DNA of 64,000 bases from Paraspadella gotoi (lineage: Eukaryota > Animalia > Chaetognatha): positions 15,478,105 through 15,542,104 of the forward strand of contig CM119267.1 in assembly GCA_051294375.1 (NCBI GenBank), given 5' to 3'. The notes beneath the pieces were generated by a model. It saw only the letters and a list, made by a program, of their open reading frames with translations. It had not been told where the DNA came from and ran no database searches. The position numbers were made by a program, and so were the translations under genes. Of this stretch, positions 1 to 12,032 are shown piece after piece. Each line of letters opens with the position of its first letter. Positions within the stretch are counted from its first letter, which is position 1.

Positions 1-375
1 GAAGACAAGGCTTGGCTCTTAAAATTCGGCCAAAGTGAGCAAACAAGAGCCGGATTCTCTGGGTGACCAAATCAGAGAGATCCGAGTGAAACCCAAAACG
101 CTATAAGAAACGGTTACAGGCGATACAAATTTTGGGAGATGAAATTTCTCCCCGCGCCCACCCGCCCGATTTCACGACCCTTATTCTGTCCCTGGCTAAA
201 ACGTGTCGCCGCAAGGCTACCTTATTTCCGTTCATAATGTAAACAAAGAGGGCAGACAAAGAGCGAGTGGCTTCAATGCGCAGTATGCACATTGCACCAT
301 CTACACGGATTAATAAGTAAATTTTTTAAATCAAATTACACCACACAAAAAGGACAAAATAACTCCAACGGATAC

Positions 376-864
376 CTTGGCGTTGGTCCACCGAGGAATT
401 TCGACAACCATGTTGAAGGTTTTGTTTTCTTTATCCGCATAGAGAGGAATGTCGTGAAATGGGCTTAAGTATTTCCCTGAAAAAAAGATGAGATTATCTA
501 ATTATCTATCTTATCTTACGCTTCGCGAAACCGTCTTAACGTTCTCACCGTCTCCGTCCTTGTAAAAGATGCGATAATCGGCGGTGTTGCGCTGACCCCG
601 CTCCTCGATCGCGAAAGTAGCCATCGTTTTGGCGAGCGTGGAAGAGAAAAACGAGGATAAAGTCGAAGGGAATCGACTGGTCTCGAAAAGAGGACGACGA
701 GGAGGAGGATGAGTAAAAAAAGTCCTCTTCGATCCCGAGACTGATGAGAAGGGATTCGCCGTAAAAACGACGGAGGCGCCTTCGTTGCGAGGAAGGAAAT
801 AAACCGGCAAGCGCCGCGCGGAATTCCAGACTCCGTTAAAAGAGAGTAAAAGACCGAAAGTCAT
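376..864 (-). CDS. PPA1: Soluble inorganic pyrophosphatase, 5' part (continues beyond the window start)
   Basis: Spliced translation [59 protein letters not shown] is the family I PPase N-terminus. GT-AG intron 477-548. Second donor at 375 with no downstream PPase exon seen in the window. ATGs at 864 and 624. Confidence 0.93.
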
Positions 865-1134
865 CGGCGAATTTAGGCTGCATAATATGCATATGTATCT
901 TAAATGATTAGAATCTCGTCGGAAGCGCTGGAACCGATGAATAAATTAAAGGCGTATCACCGGGTAAAATAGTTAAGGAAAAGGAGAAGAGAGAATCATG
1001 AAAAAAATTAAGAGACTGGAACATGTTCAATTAGCACAAGAAAACAAAATAATTGGGAAAAGGCGCGACAGGATTTTTAAAATAAATTCTTTAGTTTCGG
1101 GGTGTATTTTTAATTTCTTTTTCCTCTGCTTGGG

Positions 1135-2434
1135 TTACTTTTTCAACGAAAAGTAAAGTATTAGAGAAAGAACGCCGACGATGACGATGAGAATACCGAT
1201 GAAAATACACATTTTTTTCCTCGATTTCGTCTGATAGACTTTAGCCTTTTCCAAATGAACGGCACCGGATTCCACCTGAACAACGAATGAGCGCAAGGCG
1301 AAGGATAAATGGAGGAAAACGCGAATGCTACGATAAATTGACTCTGATAAGTACTTGTTCGTTAGCTTGCTCCACGTTTTGTTCGATCGAGTCGATGACT
1401 TCCCCCTGTTCCGAAATGAGCGTCCCGAGTTCTTTGAAAATCTCATTGATGTCGACAATGTCGCGTTCCAAGTTAAGAATGGCCTCTTCTCGCTCCTATA
1501 TGAATTATTTTTTAAATGGAATAAAATGTACAAGTGAGCTAAATCTCCGAAAACACACCTGGAGGAGGGCCAGATCGGCCTCCGCTTGTGCCTGATCTGC
1601 CAGCAACAGTGCCTGACGCTGTTGGGAGTCGTCGTCGGCCAAGAGCTCTGCCCCTCCGTTTTCCGACACGAGCAAATCATCTTCGTCAATCCAGACAGAC
1701 GTCTGAGGAATTGAAATATTTTTATAGTGAAAAATTATGAATACAAGAATATATTATTGTACAATGTACAAGAGAAAAGTGAGAAGTTTTAATAATAAAT
1801 CGAAAACATTTAAAAGGTGACTACCGTCCGAATCGAACCAGCTTAATCAAGTTAAAAATCGACAACCTTGAGTGGCTTATCCTTGGGCTTTTCCCGCCTT
1901 CTCGAAACGAAGGAAGTCTTCATCTTATCGGCCACTCTCCTTTGACTGCCAGTGTAATGTTGTACGGCGGCCTGAAATTCTTTCTTCAGTCGGTCGAGTT
2001 GAAGTTTCTCGCGATTGGCGCTTCTCCCGCGTGAATTCGACTCCAGCGACGCCATCTCTTTCAGGCTAAAAGTGGCGTTTTGAACGCGCATCGCAACTTG
2101 CTGTTGAATGGCTGTTCAAACAAAAAAAAAAAAAAAAAGTGGACAAAAATCCAGAGCCGAGCTTTTTCTAAACTAAGGTGTAAGGAATCGTACCCGCTAT
2201 CTTGGAGCGTATACTGTCAATGTCCGCGTCGGCGTCGATTTGTGGCAGCAGCCGCTCGAGGGCGTTGGCGTGATTGCCAATAGCGAAGACATCGGCGCCG
2301 ACGACGTCGCTGAGTTCGGTGAAGGCGCCGTCGAGGGACGAGGAGGCGCCGCCCTGAATAGGGCGTGACAGGACCGAGGGATCGTCGTGAAACGACGAAA
2401 TGGCGCCGTAGCCGAAATCGCCGCGGGAAGCCAT
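1135..2434 (-). CDS. STX7: Syntaxin-7/12-like Qa-SNARE, 5 exons
   Basis: Habc helices ([18 protein letters not shown]), SNARE motif [42 protein letters not shown]-terminal TM helix. Four GT-AG introns reconstructed in frame. Confidence 0.88.
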
Positions 2435-2764
2435 TTAGCAATGAAAGAGTTGATGGGTAATTTTTAGTCGGGGTTTTTTTTCGGTCTTTTTAATTCTCAA
2501 GCAGTTTCTGGTTTTTGTTTGAAACCATGAGCTTTTGTTGAAGAACAAGGAGGGCATTTATTCGTTAATATACGCAACGAAAAATTAGTCAACGGCTTGT
2601 GATAACGAAATATCTGAGTCATCTCTTATAAAATACGTTTTGATGAAAATAAATATTATATTCATGTATGAATGAAACAAGATTAAAATTTATGAGAAGC
2701 AGCGAGCGAGATGAAACAAATTTAAATTGGAAAAACTACTATTAATGAAAAACCCCCTCGGCTT

Positions 2765-5700
2765 TCACGTCGGCGTGGAATCGACATTTTCGGGTGGATT
2801 AGCGGAACCAATGTCATCGAATCTAGGATCGCAAAGAGTGTCGTATCTGAAAGAGTTACCAGGTTTGGGTCCCTGCGATTCCGTCAGCATTAATTTAAAC
2901 ACGGGTCCTTGCTCCCACGATGACAGCGTGGTCGGCAACACTTTGAGAAAGTCGCAACGAACGAGCGCCCCCAATGCCGAGAGCACACCCTTGGCTTTGA
3001 TATCGGCGGCGTGGGTTTCGTCGACGTCGTCCGAAGTGAAGTTTTCCCTGCCTAACTCCTGATCTGAGATCATTTTTGGAGGAACCAATGTAACTACGCA
3101 TCCGACGGGCTTTTCAGAGACGGCGACGACGTGGAGTCGGCGAAATAGACCTTGCATAGGGCTGCGCTCCCGCTTCAGAACAACCTCCAAGCTGAGCGAT
3201 TGTTGGGAAAGCGCGTCGACGAGTAGGATGGTAGGATTAGGGCGAGCGTCTTTGACCTGCGTGATTGGCAATTGTGAAAATTGGGTAAAATATTAAAATT
3301 AAATGTCTCAAAAACTCATTCTTTTTAATTTTATTAAGTACAAATCTTTAGGACTAATTTTATTTGTCTACTTCTTAGTAAACAAGTTTGAGCAAACAAT
3401 GCCGGATCTGCTCACGATCAAAGGCAGCTGATCAGATAATTAATTAATTATTTAATTCAATAATTCATAAATTTTTCTTTTTAAATTTTTTTTATTTTTC
3501 TATTTTTTATTTTTCTTGTCGTCTTTAATTCACTGAATTAATTAATTAAATAGTTAGTGAGAGTTGGTGCAGCTTGCTTTTACATTTAATATAAAAGGAA
3601 AAAGCTGAAGCAAAGATTGAAATGGGTTTTTTTTTAATTTAATATCATTTCCACTTGGACCGATTCCATCGAAAATTGATTTCCAGCTCAATAACACAAT
3701 TTTTTACCTTTAAACAAAATTTCAAGTTAATCGCCCAATCCACTCATGAACAATTGACGTTTAAAATTAAGGTGGGAGGGACGGACAGACAGACAGACGG
3801 ACGGACATTGTTTTTTTTTGGTCTAATTTATTATAATTTGATGTTCCGATATGATTTACCAACAAGATTTTGGGCTGGTATCCTCGGACCGATAAACTCA
3901 TAAAGTGAATCGGAGAGCCGGAATCTGCTATAGGCAGAGCCGGCTAAAAAAAAATTCAACCAGTCAAAAATGAGAGGCCAACCTTAACGTTTTTCAATAT
4001 TTGATCAGTGATGGGGCCGGTGAACGTCGATATAACTTCCGAGTAGAACAACTTCAACGTCAACATAGTTTCAGCTAATCTGCGCTCCAAATTAGAAGAT
4101 TCCGTGCGATCGGCCAAAGTTTTTTTCGGATCAGTGGCGTGGCACATTGGCAGGGCAAGATGTTTTGTCTTGGGGCCAGGGAGGAACTCTTGGGCCATTT
4201 TCTCCATCCGCGCTCGTTTCTCCAGCGTCGCCGTTTCCTTCTCCTTGTGTCGGACGCTAAAGACGTGGGACTCGTAAAGAGGGGCTGTTTCGCAGGGAAG
4301 TCGGCAGACGTCGCAAAAAAACTGTGCGTGAAGGTGACCCGCGCAATTCTTTTGATACTCCCCGATTTCCGGAGTTTCCACGGCGACCTTTTTAAAGTGG
4401 CGAAGGCTGTCAAGGTGTTTGGCATAGGGCTCGGGGCCGACAAACTGCAGGACGCAAACGTCGCAAAAATTTATCCGATCCTCTTCGTTCTGCTTTCGCC
4501 TGGCAGACGGCGACATCGGAGGGTTTCGGTTTACTGGTAAATTCGTGGCGCGACGAACGTACAATTCCGAGTCGGACTTTTTCGCTATTTCGGCTTTGGG
4601 ACGAGAGATAAGCGAGTTGCTGGACGACAGAAGCTGTTGGCGTAAGTTTTCATTCTGCACTCGGAGCATTTCCATTTCCTCCTTTCTTTTTTGATCCAGC
4701 GCAACTTGTCTCAAGTGTTCTGGATCATTAATATGGACGTTGTAGCGAACTGAATCGTGACAGTCAATTTTGCATAAATGACAGTAAAATGACATAAAGG
4801 GCGACGTAACGATTTGAGTCGAAGAGGGCGCGTAGATAGAGGACACTTCCGATTTACATTTCGAAGTATTAACTTTTTTGTCCTCCGTGTCCTCCTGATT
4901 TGGAAGACAGTCAAAAGTCTCTTCCAATTTGCTTTCGATCATTTCCGCTTCGATATCTTTCTTTTTCATCTGATTCTCGTAAATCTGCCTCGCTTTTTCT
5001 CGAATCGACAACTTATCGGAATCCGGCTTTTTCAAATTTTCTAAAGCTTTCTCACGAATCAAAGCTGATCGGCACAACGAGTCGTACCTAAAAGAGCCGA
5101 AACTGTGTGGGGAATCGAATGATGAAAATAGCCAAAGCTGGGGGCTCCCTCGAACGGAAGTTATTCGTAAATAGTCTGATTTAAAAGAATTACAAATAAA
5201 TGTTATAATGAAATCTAACTTTGCCTCATCGGTATTGGAAGTCCCGTTTTCTAATCCAACCAAAACATCGTTCAAATAAAAAAGCCAGCGACTTTCGGAG
5301 TTTTTTTCATTTTTAATCACCACGGATGACAATTGGTAACGAAAGGTGAAATTTGTCGGAAGAATCGTTTGGAATGCCGAGTAAATTTCAGACCTACTTA
5401 ACTTTCGTTCAAGTGTCTCTTTGTATTGGTCGACAGAGCAACTATTTAAAACAGACCAAAACTTCCTCTTTAGCTTAGCCAATAAACTGGCAAAGGAGGT
5501 TTCAAGATTGCTGGCGGCGACAACATCTTCGTTGTTCAAACCCGCGACTAAAGGTCCGTTTATGTTGACCGCAAACAAAGGATAATCCGGAACAGTGTGC
5601 TCTGCCGTTTCGTTAAAACTCAAATTTTTGTTGAGCTTGCACAAAATATCATACCGGTACAACTTTCTTCCATGTAAAGCGGTCTTATAAGTTTTCATTA

Positions 5701-8700
5701 GGCGTAAAACTGAATATTCGCTCACTGAGTCTACGGCTAAATAATCACTGAGACCAAGCTTCACAATAATTTTTGCATAAAACGATTTCCCGTTTTCTGC
5801 ATCAATACAACTTTTAAAAACTAAAACCTGGTTTAAAAAAATTAGATTAAATGCCGAATCACCACAATTTTCTGAAGTTAACTCTTCGTCAATATGACTA
5901 AAAGGGTTATTCGATGATTTAGTGACTGTTAATTTCATCTTGTTTTGTTCTAATAATTCACAAAATTTCTTAATAACATAAACAGGATCATACTTGGTAT
6001 TAAGATATTTGAGGCAAAATTCAAAGCCATAACTGTGTGAATCAATCAGAAAAGGGAATTCTTCCCTGATCAACTTAATTAGCTGTGCAAACGAACACTC
6101 CTCTGCTGAAACTTTTTGTAACTCGTTTTTGCTAAATTCGGAACCTAAAACCTCGGGTCCTTTGGTATTAAGAAACAACAATGGACAAGATGTCTGGTTG
6201 ACTGGTGAACACTCCTTAAAAGGTTCTTTCTCTCGACAAGAATAATTGCCAAAAATAATTTCTGATTCGTGCAAAAAAGAATGATGTTCTTGATAGCAAT
6301 TGTCGTGAAAACATTTAGTTTGCTTTGAACAGAATGTTTCAAGATGAAAAAGTAAACATTTTTTACACAGCTTGAGCTTTTCAACAAACTGTAATCTTTG
6401 TAAACTCGTGAATGATATAAATTCAGAACAAGCCTCAATTAAATGGTCTCCTCCGCATAGACCACAAGCTAACTTTTCCATAGGAAGTGAAAGGATATGC
6501 TCAAATTTATAAGCGTTCGTGTTGGTAGCAGTTTGACAGTTGTAAAGTCTTAGAGACTTTACGCCATTTCTCAGATTTATCTTTAAATAATCCGAGGAGA
6601 CGAATAAGCAAACGCAGTGAATCAGCACTTCATTTTCAATGTATTTCATATTTTTTCGCATCTGTTCTGGAATGACTCTTGACAAAATTAAAATATTGTT
6701 AATTTTAAGATGGCATAATTCATTATTAAAAACTGGTAAAATAGAATAACTCAGTTCAAGTTCAGTTAATATGTCAACAAACACTTTTTTAAGTTGATTA
6801 AATAAATAAACTTTTCTAAGACTTTTTTCGTATTCATTACCGTCAAGGCTACACTCCAACAAAAATGCAAACTGTCTTTTCATACATCCAATCAAATTTG
6901 CAAAGGCTCTTTCTAATTCAAATATCAGTTGCCACTCAGCGAGATTTTGCCAATTAATAAGATCTTCTTCAGGACGAGTATTTTCTTTTACCGGTAGTAA
7001 CTTTCTTCCTTTATAAAGACCACCTTGAATCACTGGTTGGTCAGTGTCACCGCTTGGTGACTTAAACGAATCACCACCTATTACATTATCAACTCCCATA
7101 GTCTGGTGATTAGCTATTTTTGAATTGTTTATCTTTAATGGGACATGTTTGACTTCATATCTTTTTTGACACAGTATATCATAACGATAAAATATACCTC
7201 CATTTGTTGAGCCGACGCTGTTTTCGAGCAGGTAACAAACAGAGTTTGTGCACATGATGTAATCCGAGGTTGAAAGCTTTTGAATGACCTCCTCAAAAAA
7301 GATGCGTTTCGTTTCTTCTTCAGAAGAGCTAACAGAGTCCTTTGTGAAAATTTTTCGCATTACTTGGACCTTATCTATGAATAAAATCATTTCACGATTC
7401 CCATCTACACATTTATAATCCAATTCGATCTTGGCTTTATGTTTTTCAGCGGCGCTGTAAATGAGATTTTCCGCCGACCCAAACTCGCCGAAAAGACATC
7501 CGGTAGACGCAAAACGAATCAAACGGATTTTTATGGTGAACATTATATCGGCGATTAATTTTTCTTCCTCCGACGCCTTCGACAGATCCTTTTCCCGAAA
7601 CTTGCGGTTTAAGCCGCAAATCAAGATTAAATTGCATTCGTGTACCGGCGGAGTTAAAGGAACGTATTCTTTCAAAAAATCTCCCTTCGGGTGTTTTTGA
7701 GTTACAGCAGTATCGATCAAACTAGATCTCGAACGATGAGGCACCTTAACCTCGACCAGTTCATTCGCGGCAGAAGTTTCGACATCATCTTCGACGAGCA
7801 AGGGAACTCCCATTGCCTGCCACGAGAAGCAAAAGAAGTAAGTGTGGCCTCTTGCGTTACAGTGCGAACAAAGCGGCAAAGATGACTTATATACAGACCT
7901 TTCTCGGCAAAGAAGATCGTATCTGAAGCTGCCGACCGGAGCAAAATTTTCCTTAGAATTGAAACGCACCTTCTTGCCCGTTATCGTATCTGAGATTGAG
8001 ACATAATCCGAGCATCGGGCGTTTGTGACGACGCTTTCGGCCGCGTTTCTCTCGGCCTCGGACGGACCGCGACCCTCGCCGCGTCCGATCAAAACATCCT
8101 CCGCGAACATGTCTACCTGACAGATTTGTGAATTTTTGTCGAAATTCATGTTTTTCGAAAACTTTAAATTTTCTCTTTTCAAGGCTTCGTGCAATATTTG
8201 GGCAAAACTGTCGACTGGCAATGCAGATATTTTGACAGAAAACATAAATTCGGCCAAGTTTTTCAAACGAGGCTGGGCCTTCGTGTTTGGGGACATATCT
8301 TTAACGGCAGAACTGGACATGGCGTCTATGGAAAGCAGGGGTGCCGACACTGTTTCTATCTCGTCTCTTTCCGAGGATGAGAAGGGTGATTTAGAGACTG
8401 GTTCTCGGGAAAAAGTCTCTTGGAAACGATCTTCTCGTCTCTCAGCCGAACTCGACGCTCTTTGCGATTCGGATGTTTCTCCAAAATGGCGTCTTTTTTT
8501 GACGCTAGGTTTGTCAAACGCGTCATTCAGCGGCGATTCGTTCTCCCTACGCTTGGCGCTCTTGCGCCCCACGGAAGTCCAATGCGATTCGTCATTGTCA
8601 GATTTGGAATAGGAGGGGACCGCCCGCCTTGATCGCGAAACAACATCATCATCTCCATAGCCGAGATTAGAGGACGATGCTATGACAATTCTGGTATCCC

Positions 8701-8743
8701 GGTTTTTGGAGAAACCAGAAGATGAAGAATGTGGTAAACTCAT
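2765..8743 (-). CDS. Uncharacterised ~1780-aa protein: six dsRBD-like repeat modules, CCHC knuckle, BEL/Pao Gag-like triple knuckle, three U1/matrin-type C2H2 fingers
   Basis: 4.8-kb open exon (ATG 8743 to donor 3982). Inferred phase-0 exons 3943-3860 and 3256-2765. The last exon carries the same 'CDFL...FRYDTLC' motif that recurs in the large ORF. The big ORF is certain; the joining of the last two exons is inferred. Confidence 0.75.
3640..3810. repeat. Probable non-autonomous repeat fragment with GGAC/AGAC microsatellite, intronic
   Basis: acggacagacagacagacggacggac at 3781-3806. Such GTCY tracts are typical of Helitron-derived (DINE-1/HINE-like) elements. Boundaries uncertain. Confidence 0.4.
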
Positions 8744-9393
8744 CTTCAAACTTTTTTATCATTCCCGGATCAATCTAATACGTCGATTGTTCACGTTCAA
8801 TAACGATTTTGTCATTAAATTTCGATAGCATGTTCATGTTTCTTCCAAAAAAATGACCTGTTGTACAGTTTAGAAGAGCTGTATGACTGTAAAAAATTTG
8901 CCGCAAAAATCAATATTCAACAGCGATTTACTAAAATGAAAGGGACAAAGAAAGCGAAGAAATAAATAACCCCCAATCTTAAAAGAATTCTCGCCAATTA
9001 TGAAGTTTAATATAAATTTAAATGTTCACTAAACTAAAACGACAACAGAAGTTAGGATCATTAATGTGCTCATATTATAAATTATTTGAGCATAAACCGT
9101 AGCCTAGCAATCAACGACAAAATCATAAAAGTTAAAAGCTTTTGATTAAGGTTAATTGCAATAATACCTTTGACAAATTAAAACTAAATCCACGTCGCTA
9201 TTAAAATTGAACCACCGATTAACCTTACCTGCAAAGTAGCCAACATGCAAAAAAAGATAAAGGGGCTCAACAAGCACCGAGTTCATTAAGAAGTTTGTCA
9301 ACGACAATAAATATAAAACCCAATATTCCGCATTTTCTATAAATGTCTATGACTATAGCGATTTATTCTCTTTTCGAACAAAAATTTTATTGA

Positions 9394-11480
9394 CTAATTT
9401 CCGTTTTTGTCCAAAAAAATTGGATTTTCATCGACAGGGAACTTGACGGGAGTGGCAAAGAAAACCCCTTTGAGGTCGTCGAGGTTGCCGGTCTCCGAAG
9501 GGTTCGGCGCCGACTCCGAAGTCAGTCTTTCGGCCAAGGGGCGTTCCTTCACGTCCCCGGAACCTTCGTTTGCCAGTTCGTCCCGTAAATTGCTCCAGTC
9601 ATGCAACTTGACCTAAAGTAAAGAGAAAGTCAAAAAAGAAAGTTCGAAACTAATCCATCCATCCATCCATTTCAACTCGATTTTCGAGCTCACTTGAAAA
9701 ACTTGAGCTTGTTCATAGTTGTGCGTGGAATGGTAGAGCCTCAGAAGTCCTCGATAGTCGTACTCGAGCCCCGAGTAGCCTTCGCCAAAGAGCTTCTTTC
9801 CGATTCTGATGGAGCGATGGTAAAGTTGCTCAGCTTTTTCATACTTTTGCATGTCGTAGTTATAGAGTGAAGCGAGGTGGCCCACTGAGAGGGCGACTTC
9901 GTAATCCTCGCTGCCCAAGAGGTTTTCCTTTATCTCGATGGCCTTCAGATGCATCTCCTCGGCTTCGCGGTATCTGGGTGGAATAAACGTTTCAGGGAGA
10001 ATGGGGAAGTCAGTATAGAATTTGTAGGTTGTCAAGCTCTGGTATCCTCAACACAATTCAAATGCCTACTTGGACATGCTCTGGTACAGTCTGCCCAGAT
10101 TGCCGTAATGCTTGGCCGTTTGCACGTTGTTCTCCCCGAACGCCTTCAGTGCCAACGAGAGCGAATGGAGGTGCAGCTCCTCGGCTTCGGACAAGAGTTT
10201 TTGTTGCACGTCCTTATTGCTGCAGTCAATAGCGATCTCCTCGAGGATGAGGGCCTTGACTCTCTTAGAGGAGGCGAGCAGCAGGTGATCGGTGGGCAAG
10301 ATGTGGGTGATGATCTCGATGGCCCGTTCCGCGTGGTGCCGCGCCTTGTGAAACTGGCCGGAACTATATTCCAGAACATACGTGGAGTAAGCGAGGTCCT
10401 CGTGGGCGACGGCAACGTTGATGTTGGCGCCTTTAAAGAACTGGTTGCGAACGTTGAGGGCGAGTTGGTAGACGACGACCGCCTGGGAAATCCGATCAAC
10501 ATTCAACAGGTAGAAGCCGTAGTCAAGCAAGGCGTCCGCGAAGGCGGGATGTTCTTTGCCGAATCGCTCCCAGGCCAGAGTGACGGCGTGCTTAATGAGC
10601 AGCTCGGCTTTGACGAATTCCCGCTTGACGACGCAGGCCTTAGAGGCGACGCGCATTACGTCCACGACCGTCTTGGGAGGCAGGTCGGAACGTAACTCGC
10701 GCAGTGCGGATTCGCCGTAGAGGTAGGCGGCGTCAAATTGACCCTTGGCAAATACGAGTGCGCAACATTGGCCGTAGAGAGAAGCACGGTTGACGCCCGA
10801 CGACGCCCGGCCCTCCTCTTTGGAAATATTCGTCAACTCGTCGAGAAAGCAACTGGCTTTCTCATAGGTGGATGAGGCCTCGGCGAATTTGCAGTTTGCG
10901 ATTTGCACGTGCATAAGTCTGACGCAGCATTCGGCCGAGAGGGCGACCCGGCGAACATCGGCGGCGAGTTTGGAGAGTTGAAGGCAGGCAGAGTAGGTGA
11001 TCTCCGCCTCTTCGTACCATCCGGCTTCAGCGAGGAAGGCGCCCAACGCCAGACCCGATAAAATCGTCTTTTCCTGCTCCGAAGAAGTTTTACGATGAGA
11101 TACACAGACTTTTTGCGCCAACGCATCCGCGAGGGTCCTCGCGATGCACGTTTCGCGATCCATGAACCCTGTGGAAGCGATAACTCGCATTATAAAATTC
11201 GAAATAAAAGAAAAGGAATTTCAATTTTACCCTGAAAGCAGTGATGCAGCGAGACCCGTCGATCCTTGCATTGTAAAAGTCTTAGGAAGATATCAAGATC
11301 AAAAAACTCTGCCCCAACTTGACACATTTGATTTTGCCGGTAGAGTTTGAAAAGAACGTCAAAGAGCAGATTGTCCGGCAAGGCTCGAAAATCGTTTTTC
11401 GTACGCGGGTAGGATGAGGCGATGGTGTTCACGGCCGTGTTGTACAGCGAGTCGGGCATCCACTGTAGACTGGCAGCCAT
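9394..11480 (-). CDS. APPBP2: Amyloid protein-binding protein 2 (PAT1), TPR protein / CRL2 substrate receptor, 4 exons
   Basis: N-terminus WMPDSLYNTAV; motifs AHEDLAYSTYV, LLLASSKRVKALILEEIAID, NVQTAKHYGNLGRLYQSM, GYSGLEYDYRGL. Three GT-AG introns. Confidence 0.95.
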
Positions 11481-12032
11481 AACTACACTCGATTATATTA
11501 AACTCCGAAAAAAAAAAGGCTTATTCGGTTTATTTTTTAAGTAACGTTAGTGATGCCTTTGGTAATGGATATCAAAGATACCTACCATAAAAACTTAGGG
11601 AACCGGGGCATTTTTGAGTCCTAATGGTAAAAAAGAAAAAAGATTGGTGTGACAAATCAATAGTTAGTAGGCGATCGTTGTTAAAACGGCCGAAGCCATA
11701 TTGCAAAGCGTACAATGCGATTAATTAATTAATATAAGGCTTAATACTGCGGTAAGATAATCCCTAACCAATGATATACGCAACCCGATTTTTCATATGA
11801 TTAATACAGCCAAACAATAAGTGTATAAATTAAGAAAGACTTCCCACAAAATAACAGGATGGAGCTCACTGTGATAATCGACGCAAAATGAGGTAATCAG
11901 GACGTTGAATATGAACCATCTATTCATATTAATTCATGGGCAAAAAATTGATTCTCTGCGATTTGATTAAATTCACGAACAAATGGCGCTTTCAAAGCGA
12001 ATACGTGTGAAAAAAAATTTGTCGGAAGGCAT

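Noticed and set aside
1-300. 63-aa ORF 101-292 and an AG|ATG at about 300 as the next PPase exon
   Set aside because: No frame gives the expected MEI...NPIKQD continuation. Treated as intron sequence, with the gene continuing outside the window.
3956-8749. Giant ORF as an intact retrotransposon or viral insertion
   Set aside because: No protease, RT, RNase H, integrase, LTRs or TSDs; only a short Gag-like knuckle block within a host-like multi-domain protein.
9949-10695. 248-aa plus-strand ORF, and similar ones at 54905-55576, 45086-45565, 52054-52458 and 8136-8612
   Set aside because: They lie antisense to well-conserved, GC-rich minus-strand exons and show no recognisable protein features; these are shadow ORFs.
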